Assembly: GCF_000142905.1 (NCBI RefSeq)
Contig: NW_013657669.1
Location: forward strand, 186,001 to 250,000
Length of the DNA: 64,000 nt
Direction of reading: 5' to 3'
Source of the DNA: Thecamonas trahens ATCC 50062
Lineage: Eukaryota; Protista; Apusomonadida
Part shown: positions 53,794 to 64,000 of the stretch, piece by piece
How the letters are laid out: the number at the start of each line of letters is the position of its first letter
Numbering within the stretch: position 1 is the first letter of the stretch
Notes under the pieces: model-generated
The model's input: the letters and a program-made list of their open reading frames with translations, nothing else
Told to the model about the DNA's origin: nothing
Databases searched by the model: none
Translations under genes and position numbers: made by a program

Positions 53794-54226
53794 NNNNNNN
53801 NNNNNNNNNNNNNNNNNNNNNNNNNNNNNNNNNNNNNNNNNNNNNNNNNNNNNNNNNNNNNNNNNNNNNNNNNNNNNNNNNNNNNNNNNNNNNGGGGGGG
53901 GGGCGTGGGGGGTGCGCACGTGACTCACAGGTGACATATACATGGGCATGGGCATGGATATGGACATGGGCATGGACATGGCTTTGTGTTTATGAACGGA
54001 AACACATCGGTCTCTGGTCATTATATCTGCTATCGCTACTGTCGGCTGTGTCTGGCTCGGACGGTGCTGGCTTTGCTCGTGGCTGCCGTCGTCGTCGCTG
54101 TCGTTTGCGGTGGTTAACCTGTGCTGTCGTTGCTGGCGAAACTGCTGCTACTACCACCACCATCACCACCACCACTACTCCTTCCGCTGCTGATGCGTAT
54201 GTGACACCCTCCAACAACACCCACAG

Positions 54227-55716
54227 GCGTCCAGATCGGCCCCAACATGCGTCAGTTCCTCGGCGTGCCGTTTGCCGTCCCGCCGCTCGGCGAGCTCCGG
54301 TTCCGCAAGCCGGTGCCTGCCAAGCCGTGGACCGGCGTGCTGTCGACCAAGCTCAACGGGCCGGCGTGCCCGCAGCCGTCGACGGGACTGGACCAGTTTG
54401 CCAACGTCTCGGAGGACTGCCTCTACCTCGATGTGTATGCCCCCGTTGAGACGCCGTCGACGCCGCTGCCGGTCGTGGTCTACTTTTACGGCGGCTCGTG
54501 GGAGTACGGCGACATCGGCGGCCTCACCGGCGACGGTATCTACAACGGCATCTACTGGAACAACGCGTTCCCAAACAAGGCCATCATCGTGACCACCAAC
54601 TACCGGCTCGGGCCGTTTGGCTGGCTCGCCTCGCCGCTGCTCGCCAAGGAGGACCCGGACGGCTCAACGGGCAACACTGGGCTGCAGGACCAGCGCCTGG
54701 CGCTCATGTGGGTCCAGAAGAACATCGCGGCCTTTGGCGGCGACCCCAACAAGGTGACCATCTGGGGCGAGTCGGCTGGCGCCGGCTCGGTCTCCACCCA
54801 CCTGGTCTCGCCCAAGTCGTGGCCGTACTTCCACGCCGCCATCATGAACTCGGGCCCGCCGGCCAACTGGACCGCCCGCTCACTCGACATGGCCGAGGCC
54901 CACTGGGACCGCGTCGTCACCGCCGTCGGCTGCTCCGCCGGCGACGTGCTCGCCTGCATGCGCGCCCAGCCGATGGAGACCCTCGTCAAGCACATGGAGA
55001 ATTTGCCCGGCGAGCTCGTCTCGTTCACCCCGGTCGTTGACGGCGTCCAGCTTCTCGACATTCCGCCGCAGCTTGTCCGCAACGGTTCCTTCCACAACGT
55101 GCCCGTCATGCTTGGCTCGAACCTCGATGAGGGCACACTCTTTGTCCCGCTCAAGCCGTCATCGTCGACCGCCGACCTTGTCAAGTGGGCCAACTTTCAG
55201 TTTGGCGCAGAGACCGCCTCCCGCGTTCTTGCCGCCTACCCCGAGTCCGACTACAGCTCGGCCTTTGTCCGCGCCTCTGCCCTCTTTGGCGACGCCGCCA
55301 TGACCTGCCCGGTCCGCCGCGCCGCCCGCTGGATCACCGGCCACGGCGGCACCACTCACACCTACTTTTTCACGCACACCTGGCTCCTTATTCAGCTCTT
55401 TGACCCATCCATCGGCGTCTGCCACGGCTCAGATCTCGTCGGTGCCTGGGACGTCGTCGTCGCCGCCATCGGCCCCGGCGAGGAGAAGCTCGCCAACCAG
55501 ATGGCCTCGTACTGGTCCAACATGGTCGCCAGCCACAACCCGAACTCGCCCACCACTGTCCCCGTCGCATGGCCGGCTTACAACGCCTCATCTGACACCA
55601 ACATCGAGTTCAACATCCCAGTCTCCACTCAGACCGGCCTCCACTCGGCCCACTGCGACTTCTGGGACACTATCTACGCCGAGGAGCACCCGCCGCTCTC
55701 GCCGTTCTCGCTCTAA
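54227..55716 (+). CDS. Type-B carboxylesterase (cholinesterase-like); upstream exon probably in the gap
   Basis: FLGVPFAVPPLGELRF, SEDCLYL, NYRLG, GESAG (Ser), NLDEG (Glu) and CHGSD (His). Acceptor CACAG at 54226. Confidence 0.93.
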
Positions 55717-55733
55717 ACTCTGCTGCTCAGCGC

Positions 55734-56783
55734 TCACCGCCCACCCATTGCACTCGCCACCAGCCTTGACGCCGCGTCGAGCTGGTCTAGCAGTCCCTCC
55801 AGCAGCGCATCGGCGTCGGCTGGCGTAGGCGCGTCAGCGGCCCGTGCGAGGACAGACTGTGAGATGGCTGCCAGATACTTGGAAAACAGCGGCGAGCCCG
55901 CAAGTAGCGCCAGCTTGGTCCGGAGCGCAGCGGCCTCACGCTGCGCCTCGCGCCGCGACGCCCGCAGCGACGCAATGAGCTCCTTGTCGCGCGCCCGCGC
56001 CGCGGCCTCGCGATCAAGCAGGAACGCAAGGTGCTGCGGCGATGAGACGTCAGCCTGGCGACTGGCAGGCGACACTCCGTTCGCGCTTGCCGAACTGACT
56101 GGGGTGGCAGAATTTCCGGCTGGAGGCGGGACGGCGGTGAGAAAGACAGTCCCGGCGTCGTCGGTGGCATTCCCAGCATCAGCGCCAGCGCGATCACCAT
56201 CGCTTCCCGCCTTGGCTCGATTCGCCGCGAGCCGAGCCCGAATGGCTGCAGCCCGCGGTGACGCTGCTGCTGGCCTACCTTCGGCCGTCTTACCAGCTCT
56301 ACGAGCCCGACTCCTACCTCCCGCCCGGCCCGGCGTCCTGCCCGAGTTGGCGAGTGTGTTGTAGGCCTTGCGGGTGGCATCGAGCTTCCGCTCCAGCCTC
56401 TCCACCATTGCCGCCGTCACCGCAATTTTCTTTGCCTGTGCTTTGACTTCAGCCTGTGCCTGTGCCCGCGCCGCAGCCTCCCGCCGCGCCATGGCTGCCG
56501 TCTCGGCCAGCTCCGAGGCCACCGCCGGCGGCACCGTCGACTCTGCTGCCGCCAGCGACTTCTCCAGTTCGGTAATGCGTGCAAGCAGCCGGACGTTGGT
56601 GGCCAGCGCCGAGCGTTTGGCATGCCGCTCCTGATCGAGACGCGCAGAGAGCGTCCGCGCAGCCGTCGCCAGTGACTCGGCTGATGGCGGCGATGGCGGT
56701 CGAGGCGGCGGTGGCGGTCCGAGTGAACGAGATGTTGCCTGCGACGACGACCGCGGTGGTGTGGGTTGGAGCTCTGAGCTCAT
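55734..56783 (-). CDS. Hypothetical coiled-coil protein
   Basis: ATG 56783 opens a 349-aa frame with heptad-like segments and abuts the esterase stop. No family recognised. Confidence 0.55.
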   Translation of the reverse strand: MSSELQPTPPRSSSQATSRSLGPPPPPRPPSPPSAESLATAARTLSARLDQERHAKRSALATNVRLLARITELEKSLAAAESTVPPAVASELAETAAMARREAAARAQAQAEVKAQAKKIAVTAAMVERLERKLDATRKAYNTLANSGRTPGRAGGRSRARRAGKTAEGRPAAASPRAAAIRARLAANRAKAGSDGDRAGADAGNATDDAGTVFLTAVPPPAGNSATPVSSASANGVSPASRQADVSSPQHLAFLLDREAAARARDKELIASLRASRREAQREAAALRTKLALLAGSPLFSKYLAAISQSVLARAADAPTPADADALLEGLLDQLDAASRLVASAMGGR

Positions 56784-57132
56784 GGTGGTGCGTATGGTGC
56801 GGGGGAGAGCAAGAGAGAAAGGGAGAGACTGTGTATGCGTATGTGTGTTGTTGTGTGTGCGTGGGGTGTATGGAGGTTGGTGGGGGTAGGGCGGTGTGGG
56901 GAATGGCAGCAGCAGTGGCAGCGGTGGTGGCGGTTGGTGGCATGGGGCGACTCGAAAACTGGTCCTGCACACAAGCTGCAGATCACATCACAAGCTCGCC
57001 TCTTAACCTCACATCCACATGCATGGACCACATGGCTTGTTGTGCAAAGATGTTGTTTCAAAGACTTGAGGGGATAAAACGGAGAGGAAGGGGGGAGAGG
57101 GGGGGGGGGGGGGGGGGGGATTGGGGCGTCCC

Positions 57133-60100
57133 TTACTTCTTCTTGCCCTTGCGCTTGGCCGTGGCCTCCATGAGGGTACCGACGAGCATAAGGAGCATCT
57201 TCGGGTCGACCGAAGTGATGTGCTCGGGGACGAGGTAGTGCGAGGCTCCGAGGCGACGGGCCGAGCCCAGGACGAGCTTGGCGTTGGCCTCCTTCTCTTC
57301 CGGGGTGAGGCCGGGCTCGACCATCGAGTAGTCGATAGCGCGCGGGTTGCAGGCGGCGAGAAGGTCGATGAGGAAGAGACCCGAGGAGAGCGAGCGGTCC
57401 TTGAACGACTTGACGTCGACGGGCTTGCCCGACGCGCGGACCTTGGAGACGGCCCACTGCCAGACGTCCTGCTCCGAGACGGCGCGCCCACCGTACGAGA
57501 GCGACGAGATGGAGCGAAGGAGGTCGTATCGGAGGAGCTGCCAGATAACCGCCATGGTGAGCTTCTGCGAGCCGTCGACGAGGTCCTTACCGTCGATGCC
57601 GACAAGGACAAGGCCGAGGTCGCGGCCCAGAGTCACAGCGAGGTTCGCGTTCTCGACCTTGCGGACCACGTGGAGTGACTTGCCGTCCTTGGCCCGGTTG
57701 ACGCGGTCCCAGGTGACAATGCCCGGCTCGACCTTGTCCTCGAGCTCAAGCATCTTGATGCCATCCATAAAGTCGCGCTTGAGGTCGTGGACATCCTCCA
57801 CGCCCTTGGCACCAATCCACGCCAGGTATGCCCGCTCCTCGGCGGTGCCCTGCAGCTCGGCCTCGTCAAAGTCGCCGAGGGCAAGCTCCATCTCCTCGGT
57901 GAGGGTGAGCCCAGTGCGGGCCGAGAAGAGCGACGCCACAAAGAAGAGCAGCAGCCGGACGTTGCCACCGGCCACGTCGGCGGGGGTGACCCACGAAAAG
58001 TTGCCGACAATGCCAGACGCGGCCTGGAGGAGAACGCCGGCGCGCGCCTCCGGATCGCCCTGTGCCAGCGCGCCGAGCCCGGTGCTCGGCTCGAGCGCGT
58101 TGAGCAGGTGGACGAGCGCCACGCCGTCCGCGAGGTCGGCAAACGAGTCAATGGCCGGCGCGCCGCGCGCCACCGCGTGGTGGTTGACCCAGCGGACAAG
58201 GACGACCTCGGGCGGGAGGCGAGAAAACGCCGCAACCTCCTCGTCGCTGGCCTGAAGCTCAAACAGCTCCGGGTGGCGGACAACGTTGACGACGGCAAGC
58301 AGACCGGCACGGGTGATGTCCCACAGGAGCGAGAGAATCTGCGGGACCTTGCCGGTGTAGAGCGCCTTGGGTGTGACGTTGAGCGCCGGGCAGCCAATGG
58401 CGCGGGCAGTGTTGATGACCAGGCTTTGGTTCATCAGCACGTCGTCCTCGTCCGAGATGTTGAAGTTGATGACACGCTCGTCGACCGAGCCCGGCATCAT
58501 TGCGTTGAGGTACTTGCAGAGGAGGACGCCATCGGCAGCGGCAGTGGCCACCGACACCGCCCGCGGGTTCATCGGAAGCAGCGACGCCACGTGCGGGTCC
58601 GACGCCAGCGTCGAGTTGATAAACTCGATGAGCTTGGCGTCTGCGCCCTCGAGCGCAAAGTCGGCCTGCTCGGCCAGCTTCTTCTTGAACGCCATCTTCT
58701 CGGCCTCGAGCTTTGCCTGCATCTCGGCGAGCTGCGCCTTGAGCTCGGGCGCGAGCTCCTCGAGCTTGGCCCGCGCCGCCCGCTCGTCGGCAAGCTCCTG
58801 CTTGAGCCGTGCCACCTCGTCGAGCGCATCGTCGCGCTCGGCAGTCATCTCGTTGAGCTTCTCGTGCGAGAGACCCTCCTTCTCGGCGAGCTGAGCGCGG
58901 AGCGCGGCGAGCTCGGCCTCGAGCTCGGCCACGCGCTCCTTGAGCGTCGCAATCTCGTGCTGGTAGCCCTCGATCTGCTGGCGAGTCTCGCCCTGCGCCT
59001 TCTCCTCCAGCGCGCGCCGCTCGGCCTCGGCCGCCGCAAACTTTGACTTGGACTCGGCGAGCTTGCCGTTGAGCGACTCGATCTCTGACATGAGCGCCTG
59101 GACCTGGGCAGAGCCCTCGGCTGACGACGCCTCCGCCGAGTCGAGCACCTTACGCATCTGCGCAATCTCGGCGTTCTTTGACTGCGTCGCCTCGAGGAGC
59201 GAGGTAAAGTCGTCGAGTCCGCGTGCGTCGTCGCCCATCAGCGCCGACATCAGCGCCCGGAGCTGGACATCGGCGAGCGAGGTCGTCTGCTCGAGCGCCA
59301 GCGCCGCGTCGGCGTCTCCGCGGTCGGCGTTGACCGCCTGTGCGGCGACCACAGACGCGGCTGCCAGGCGCGTGACAGCCTTGGCCGCCTGCGACGCATT
59401 GACTCGCCGCGCAGAGCCCTCGGGCAGCTTCTCGACCGCGGCCATCAGCGCGTCCGCAAACTGCGGGTACGCGCGCGTAACCTTGTACGCCGCGTCGTCG
59501 AGCTCGGCGCCCGACCCACCGGTCGAGGCGAGCTTGAGACCCTGAAGTGCCGAGGCAAGCGCGACAGCGCGCGGGCCGAGTGCGTCCGACGCGTCTTCGT
59601 CGAGCGGCGGCGAGCTCCCGTCCGCTGCCATCGGCTCAACCGCATTGGCCGATGCAACTGCGGCGGCGGCAGCGACCACAACCGGCGACGGCGCCGGCGG
59701 CACCTTGGGCTTGGTCTTGCGGGCAGGGACCGGCGGCCGGCCGCCCACCCGCACCCGCCGCTTCTTGCGTTGCGTCGTCGTTGTCGGCTTGGCCGGGATC
59801 GGGGGCGGCGCCGGCATCGGCGGCTGCTCCCACGTTGTCGCCCCCGTCTCCGAGCTGACGTAGTAGTAACGACCGTGCGAGTCGTCGTAGAACGCCTCCC
59901 AGGGCGCAGGCACCACCTTGGGGTCCGGCGCCACCTGCGGCTTGGCTGGGATCGGCGGCTTGGCCGGAAGCATCACCGTCACCTCGTAGAACTCGTACTC
60001 GTACTCGGGGCCAGTCGGCACAGCCGGAGCCGGCGCGTCGGGCTCATCAGCATCGGCGTCCGACGCAAGTGCTGCTGCGTCTGCGGCGGCCTTGGCCGTC

Positions 60101-63100
60101 GCCGCGGCAGCGGCGGCAGATGCAGTTGCATCACCGGGCAGCGGGACAGCGAGCACCGGCTTGCCGGCCTTCTGGATGTGTGCCAGCGCTTCGGCGCAGC
60201 CGCGCGAGCCCGGGAGCGAGCCCCGGAGCTCGGCGGCGGCGTCGAGAGCGGCGTCGTGGACTGCGGCGGCGTCGTCGGGCGTTGGCCCGTCATAGCGGTT
60301 GAGGGCAGCAATGCCGGCTTCCTGGGTGAGCTCGACCTCGGCAATGAGCGCCGAGACGAGGCCGGCGGCAGCGTCGAGCGTCGCACGCGTCCGTCCGCCC
60401 TTGGTCTCGCCGACAGCGAGCAGGTCGAGGATGGCAGCAATGGTCCGCGAGGCGACGGCGGCGAGGCCCGAGGCGGCAGCGGCCGGCGACTCGGCCGAGA
60501 GCAGCTGGAGCGTGGCCGAGAGCGCCGCCGAGGCAGCGACGGTCGAGTCGATACCGTCAGAGGCCGAGCGGCGGGCGACGGTCTCGCGCGAGGCGCGCGT
60601 GTCGGCGTCAAGCGCATCTTCCTTGGCACCAAAGGTACCGGCCGAGAGCGCCGAGATGCCGGCTGCGACCGACGACGCGCTGTCCTGGAGGGTTTTGAGA
60701 GCGGCTGAGACGTCGTAGAGCCAGTTGGCGGCCTTGGCGGCGTTAAAGGCCTTGACAAGGGCGGTGACCCGCTCGTCAGACTCGGCCTTGGCCTTGGAGA
60801 GCAGATACTCCTCACCCGGGTTGTGGAAGCCGGCAGCGGTGAGGGTACCAATGGCGAGGTTTGTCTCGGCGTAGGCCGGGAGAGCGGCGGCGACCGCGTC
60901 GAGCAGAGCCGTCTGCGACTCGCGGCCATGCGGCTCAGCCTCGTAGTAGAGAGCCGAGTCGCCCAGTGCCGCGTTTGGCTTGGCCATGCCCGACGCCGCA
61001 CGCTTGGCAGTCCGCAGCGCGTCGGTGTCGATGGCCGAGTCAACGGTGACGAGGACGGTCCGGGTGTTCGACGCCGCAAGCGTGGCAGCCTTGGCCTCTG
61101 TGGCGAGGATGAGCAGGGCCTGGCGCGAGGCGCGGAGCGCGTTGAGCGCGTCCGACTTGGCGCCCACCGCCAAGGCGGCGGCAGTGACGGCGGCAAGGTC
61201 GGCGTCAGAGCGGGTCTCCTCAAACTTGGTGATGGCAGCCTGGAGCGCGCCGAGCGAGTCCGAGAGCGCTGCCGACGAGGCGACCAGCTCGGCCTTGACG
61301 AGGTCGTTTGACTCAGCCTCGGCCTCGCGCTGCGCGAGCGGCAGGAGGGCGGCGGCCGAGTCGGCAACGCCACGGGCGGCAAGGATCTTGGCCTTGCGCG
61401 AGTCCTTGGCGAGGGACTCGAGGCCCGAGCCAAGGGTCCCGGCGGCGGCGTCGAGGGCGGCCGGCTCCATCTCGGCGGTGAGCGAGGCAAGCGAGGTGGC
61501 GAGCGACGAAGCAGTCGACATGAGCGAGGCGAGGGCGGCGGCATCGACGCCCGGGACGGCGGCGAGGGTGGCGAGCGAAAACGGCGCGGTCGGGTCCGAA
61601 CCCGTGAGCGGAGCAAGCGAGCCGGCAAGCGCGGCGGTGGCAGCAGCCGTCGCCTCGTCGTTCTCGGCGTCGTCGAGCGCGTCTAGGGCAGCGGTGGTGG
61701 CGGCGGCGGCGCGGTCGGCTGCGACCAGAGTCGAGAGCGCAAGAACTGGGCGGACCGGCGGCGGCGGGTCCGAGTCGGTGGCGGCGCGGAGGGCACCGAG
61801 TGCGTCCGAGACCTGGCCTGCGAGCCGAAGCAGCTCCTGCATGTCGACGGGCGAGACGCCATCGATCGAAGCCGCGGTGACAAGCGAAGAGAGCGCGTCG
61901 TCGAGAACAAGGCCCTGGAGTCGAAGCTTGGCAATGCCCGAGGCGTCCGACGCGGTGGCGAGAGCCGAGAGCGCGACAGTGTGACGACCGTAGTCGACAA
62001 CGGCGGAGCGAGCGTCGTCGATGGGCTTGGAGAGCGCCGGGTCGGCGGTGGTCAGCGGCGCGCCAATGAGCGAGTCGAGGGCCGAGTTGAGGTCCGAGGC
62101 GGCAGCTAGGAGCGAGGCAAGGTCGACACCCGGAATGGGCTTGGTCGATGAGAGTGTCTGCAGGGCGACAGAGAGGTCGCCAGCAGCCTTGAGCAGCTGA
62201 TCGAGTGAGGCGCCGGCGTTGCCCTTGGCCACGTCTTTGGCGGCGAGGTCGGCAGCCTGAAGGAGGGCGACGAGCGAGGCGGTGACGCCGTCGGCGAGCT
62301 CGTCGAGACCGGCGTCGGCCATGGAGCGGGATGCAAGGACCGAGCGAAGGTCATCGGCAAGGGCAACAAGCTGCTCGGACGACTCGAGAAGGTCGTACTT
62401 CTTAAGACGGTCGGCCGAGGTGACGCCGGCGGCGGAGACAACGTCACCCGAGACGCTTGACATCTCGGCGAGGATTGAGTCGAGCATGTCGCGGGTGGAC
62501 TGAAGGTTGATGGCACGCTCGCGCGCGGTCTCGCCCATGTTCTCATCGCCGGCGTACGGCTCGACTGGGCGGTCTGCGGACTGGAGAGCCTTGACCGAGA
62601 GCTTGAGCGCCTTGTCGAGCTTCCGGACCGAGACAGCGGACGAGCCGCGGGCGGCAGAGAGGCGGTTGGCACCGACAGACCCGACGCCGAGGACCGAAGA
62701 CGAGTCCATGCGGTGGAAGACGCCCGAGGTGGTCTTGGTGATGGCGTGGGCGTTGGACGGCGCAATAGTCTCCTCCATAATGATGGTCTGCTGGTCGTCC
62801 TCAATCTCCTTCTCACGGTCGCGGCGCTGCGAGAGAATGAGGTCGATGTACCCGGAGATGAGGGCGGCAATGGCGCGGCCCTCCTCGGTGAGAACGGTGT
62901 AGTACTCCTGGTCGTGGTCACCAAAGTCAAGCGTGAGTGAGGTGTCGGACGGGGCCCAGCGGCGGAGCTGGGTGAGCGCAAACGGCTTCGAGAGCGACTT
63001 CTTCTCGATGGGGTCGAACCGGTACAGGTGCGACTTGGAGACACCGAGAATGACCGGCTGGAACTTCTTGGTCAGCTTGTTGGTCTTCTTGGAGCGGATC

Positions 63101-64000
63101 GGCTCCTGAACGTGATAAGTGGAGATGCCAAAGGTCTCGAGCGAGCGGATGAGCTGGACAAAGCGGAACTTGGCGGCATCGGCCTTGGTCCCGCGGATCT
63201 TGGCATGGGCGGCGAGGACCTCCTTAAACGTCTTCTTGCCCTCCTTGCGGTACTCCTCGGGGAGCCACTGGCCAAAGTCGATCTTCTTAACCGTATGCTT
63301 GCCCGGGGCGTGGTCGCCGAGCGTGACCTGGGCCGAGAGCGCGGCAAGGAGAATGGCCTCATCACGGGCAACCGGCAGGTTGCCGTTGGCAACGTCGTCC
63401 TGGTACTGGTTGAAGAGGAGCGAGAGCGTGAGCGGGTCCGAGGTATCGACCGAAGCGTCCGAGAAGAAGAACTTTTTCTTGAGCAGGACCGAGTACTCGG
63501 GCAGGACGCCGCACTGGGCAAGCGTCTGGTCGGCCGAAAGCCAGTCCTCGTCGATGCCCTTCTTGCTCACAATCTTGGTGCCCGAGAACGAGGTGTCCAG
63601 GCCGGCCTTGGCGCGGATCTTGGCCACCTCCTTCTGCCGCTTGGCCTCGGCCTCCTTCTGCTCCTCGGTGAGCGAGACCTGGAAGGCAAACTCGGCCGGG
63701 TTGGCAATGCCGTTCTTCTCGCACACCAGCGCCACGAGGTCCTTGGTCGGCGCCGACATGTCGATCATGACCGTCTTGATAGAGCCGTCCATGAGCTCGA
63801 CACGCAGCGGGCGCATCTTGGACTTGTACGTCAGCTCGTCGAGGTTGACAATGTCGTAGAAGCGGAGCGTCTGCTCGCGCTTGAGAAAGTACGAGTCCTC
63901 GAGCACGCCGCCGCCGTCGTTCCACAAAGCAAACTGCGGCGAGTCGTCCATGCGGAAGGCCTCCGCCACTTGCTTGCACACATCGTCCACATACATGGCG
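57133..64000 (-). CDS. Talin-like FERM head and helical rod + WW + coiled coil + fimbrin/plastin 4-CH actin-bundling core (5' end outside window)
   Basis: Talin head: KMRPLRVELMDGSIKTVMID, KKKFFFSD..VDTSDP..L.LLF.Q, RRWAPS..LTLDFGD, ISGYIDLIL. WW: PAPWEAFYD..GRYYYV..ETGATTWEQP. Fimbrin: FINSTL..DP..LPMNP, DGVLLCK..DERVIN, LPPEVVLVRWVN, EERAYLAW, LVGIDGKDLVDG, YHLVPEHI..V.PKM. Confidence 0.88.
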   Translation of the reverse strand, partial: AMYVDDVCKQVAEAFRMDDSPQFALWNDGGGVLEDSYFLKREQTLRFYDIVNLDELTYKSKMRPLRVELMDGSIKTVMIDMSAPTKDLVALVCEKNGIANPAEFAFQVSLTEEQKEAEAKRQKEVAKIRAKAGLDTSFSGTKIVSKKGIDEDWLSADQTLAQCGVLPEYSVLLKKKFFFSDASVDTSDPLTLSLLFNQYQDDVANGNLPVARDEAILLAALSAQVTLGDHAPGKHTVKKIDFGQWLPEEYRKEGKKTFKEVLAAHAKIRGTKADAAKFRFVQLIRSLETFGISTYHVQEPIRSKKTNKLTKKFQPVILGVSKSHLYRFDPIEKKSLSKPFALTQLRRWAPSDTSLTLDFGDHDQEYYTVLTEEGRAIAALISGYIDLILSQRRDREKEIEDDQQTIIMEETIAPSNAHAITKTTSGVFHRMDSSSVLGVGSVGANRLSAARGSSAVSVRKLDKALKLSVKALQSADRPVEPYAGDENMGETARERAINLQSTRDMLDSILAEMSSVSGDVVSAAGVTSADRLKKYDLLESSEQLVALADDLRSVLASRSMADAGLDELADGVTASLVALLQAADLAAKDVAKGNAGASLDQLLKAAGDLSVALQTLSSTKPIPGVDLASLLAAASDLNSALDSLIGAPLTTADPALSKPIDDARSAVVDYGRHTVALSALATASDASGIAKLRLQGLVLDDALSSLVTAASIDGVSPVDMQELLRLAGQVSDALGALRAATDSDPPPPVRPVLALSTLVAADRAAAATTAALDALDDAENDEATAAATAALAGSLAPLTGSDPTAPFSLATLAAVPGVDAAALASLMSTASSLATSLASLTAEMEPAALDAAAGTLGSGLESLAKDSRKAKILAARGVADSAAALLPLAQREAEAESNDLVKAELVASSAALSDSLGALQAAITKFEETRSDADLAAVTAAALAVGAKSDALNALRASRQALLILATEAKAATLAASNTRTVLVTVDSAIDTDALRTAKRAASGMAKPNAALGDSALYYEAEPHGRESQTALLDAVAAALPAYAETNLAIGTLTAAGFHNPGEEYLLSKAKAESDERVTALVKAFNAAKAANWLYDVSAALKTLQDSASSVAAGISALSAGTFGAKEDALDADTRASRETVARRSASDGIDSTVAASAALSATLQLLSAESPAAAASGLAAVASRTIAAILDLLAVGETKGGRTRATLDAAAGLVSALIAEVELTQEAGIAALNRYDGPTPDDAAAVHDAALDAAAELRGSLPGSRGCAEALAHIQKAGKPVLAVPLPGDATASAAAAAATAKAAADAAALASDADADEPDAPAPAVPTGPEYEYEFYEVTVMLPAKPPIPAKPQVAPDPKVVPAPWEAFYDDSHGRYYYVSSETGATTWEQPPMPAPPPIPAKPTTTTQRKKRRVRVGGRPPVPARKTKPKVPPAPSPVVVAAAAAVASANAVEPMAADGSSPPLDEDASDALGPRAVALASALQGLKLASTGGSGAELDDAAYKVTRAYPQFADALMAAVEKLPEGSARRVNASQAAKAVTRLAAASVVAAQAVNADRGDADAALALEQTTSLADVQLRALMSALMGDDARGLDDFTSLLEATQSKNAEIAQMRKVLDSAEASSAEGSAQVQALMSEIESLNGKLAESKSKFAAAEAERRALEEKAQGETRQQIEGYQHEIATLKERVAELEAELAALRAQLAEKEGLSHEKLNEMTAERDDALDEVARLKQELADERAARAKLEELAPELKAQLAEMQAKLEAEKMAFKKKLAEQADFALEGADAKLIEFINSTLASDPHVASLLPMNPRAVSVATAAADGVLLCKYLNAMMPGSVDERVINFNISDEDDVLMNQSLVINTARAIGCPALNVTPKALYTGKVPQILSLLWDITRAGLLAVVNVVRHPELFELQASDEEVAAFSRLPPEVVLVRWVNHHAVARGAPAIDSFADLADGVALVHLLNALEPSTGLGALAQGDPEARAGVLLQAASGIVGNFSWVTPADVAGGNVRLLLFFVASLFSARTGLTLTEEMELALGDFDEAELQGTAEERAYLAWIGAKGVEDVHDLKRDFMDGIKMLELEDKVEPGIVTWDRVNRAKDGKSLHVVRKVENANLAVTLGRDLGLVLVGIDGKDLVDGSQKLTMAVIWQLLRYDLLRSISSLSYGGRAVSEQDVWQWAVSKVRASGKPVDVKSFKDRSLSSGLFLIDLLAACNPRAIDYSMVEPGLTPEEKEANAKLVLGSARRLGASHYLVPEHITSVDPKMLLMLVGTLMEATAKRKGKKK

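Noticed and set aside
1-64000. tRNA, rRNA or CRISPR arrays
   Set aside because: None recognised by eye; tRNAscan-SE and Infernal would be needed to exclude small RNAs.

Overview
GC-rich, very gene-dense eukaryotic nuclear DNA with three N-gaps (18218-18526, 40748-40847, 53794-53893). The compact layout, few short GT-AG introns, a flagellar gene, a talin-type protein and FG-GAP/beta-helix/GCC2 multi-TM receptors suggest a flagellated protist, probably an apusomonad such as Thecamonas (inference only). About 23 protein genes were recognised by motif: RNPC3 (minor-spliceosome 65K), CFAP73/CCDC42, TPR/Mlp1, AMPK-gamma, a UvrD/AdnA-like helicase-nuclease, an EamA transporter, RPS5, an hSac2/TPRG1 protein, a multi-HMG-box protein, MPP-beta, a CTL/SLC44 transporter, a kinase-NB-ARC-WD40-gelsolin protein, an FG-GAP receptor, a bacterial-type sirtuin, a D-box repeat protein, GILT, MRPL3, an F-box-TM protein, a 3xDOMON-cytochrome b561, a MUN+DysF protein, Arf, a carboxylesterase, a coiled-coil orphan and a talin-fimbrin fusion. 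There is also a decayed piggyBac element. Best leads: (1) GILT looks like a selenoprotein, with an intron-split N|GA codon at the first Cys of CxxC and a non-canonical SECIS-like hairpin in an unusually long 3' UTR; (2) a talin head and rod ending in a complete fimbrin 4-CH core; (3) an Apaf-1/NLR-like kinase with gelsolin repeats; (4) a possibly mitochondrial AdnA-like helicase with an Fe-S nuclease domain; (5) introns with ACTCAC branch points, several lacking a polypyrimidine tract. Seven single-base-deletion frameshifts in short homopolymers are probably sequencing errors. All assignments come from motif reading by eye; no searches or folding programs were run.
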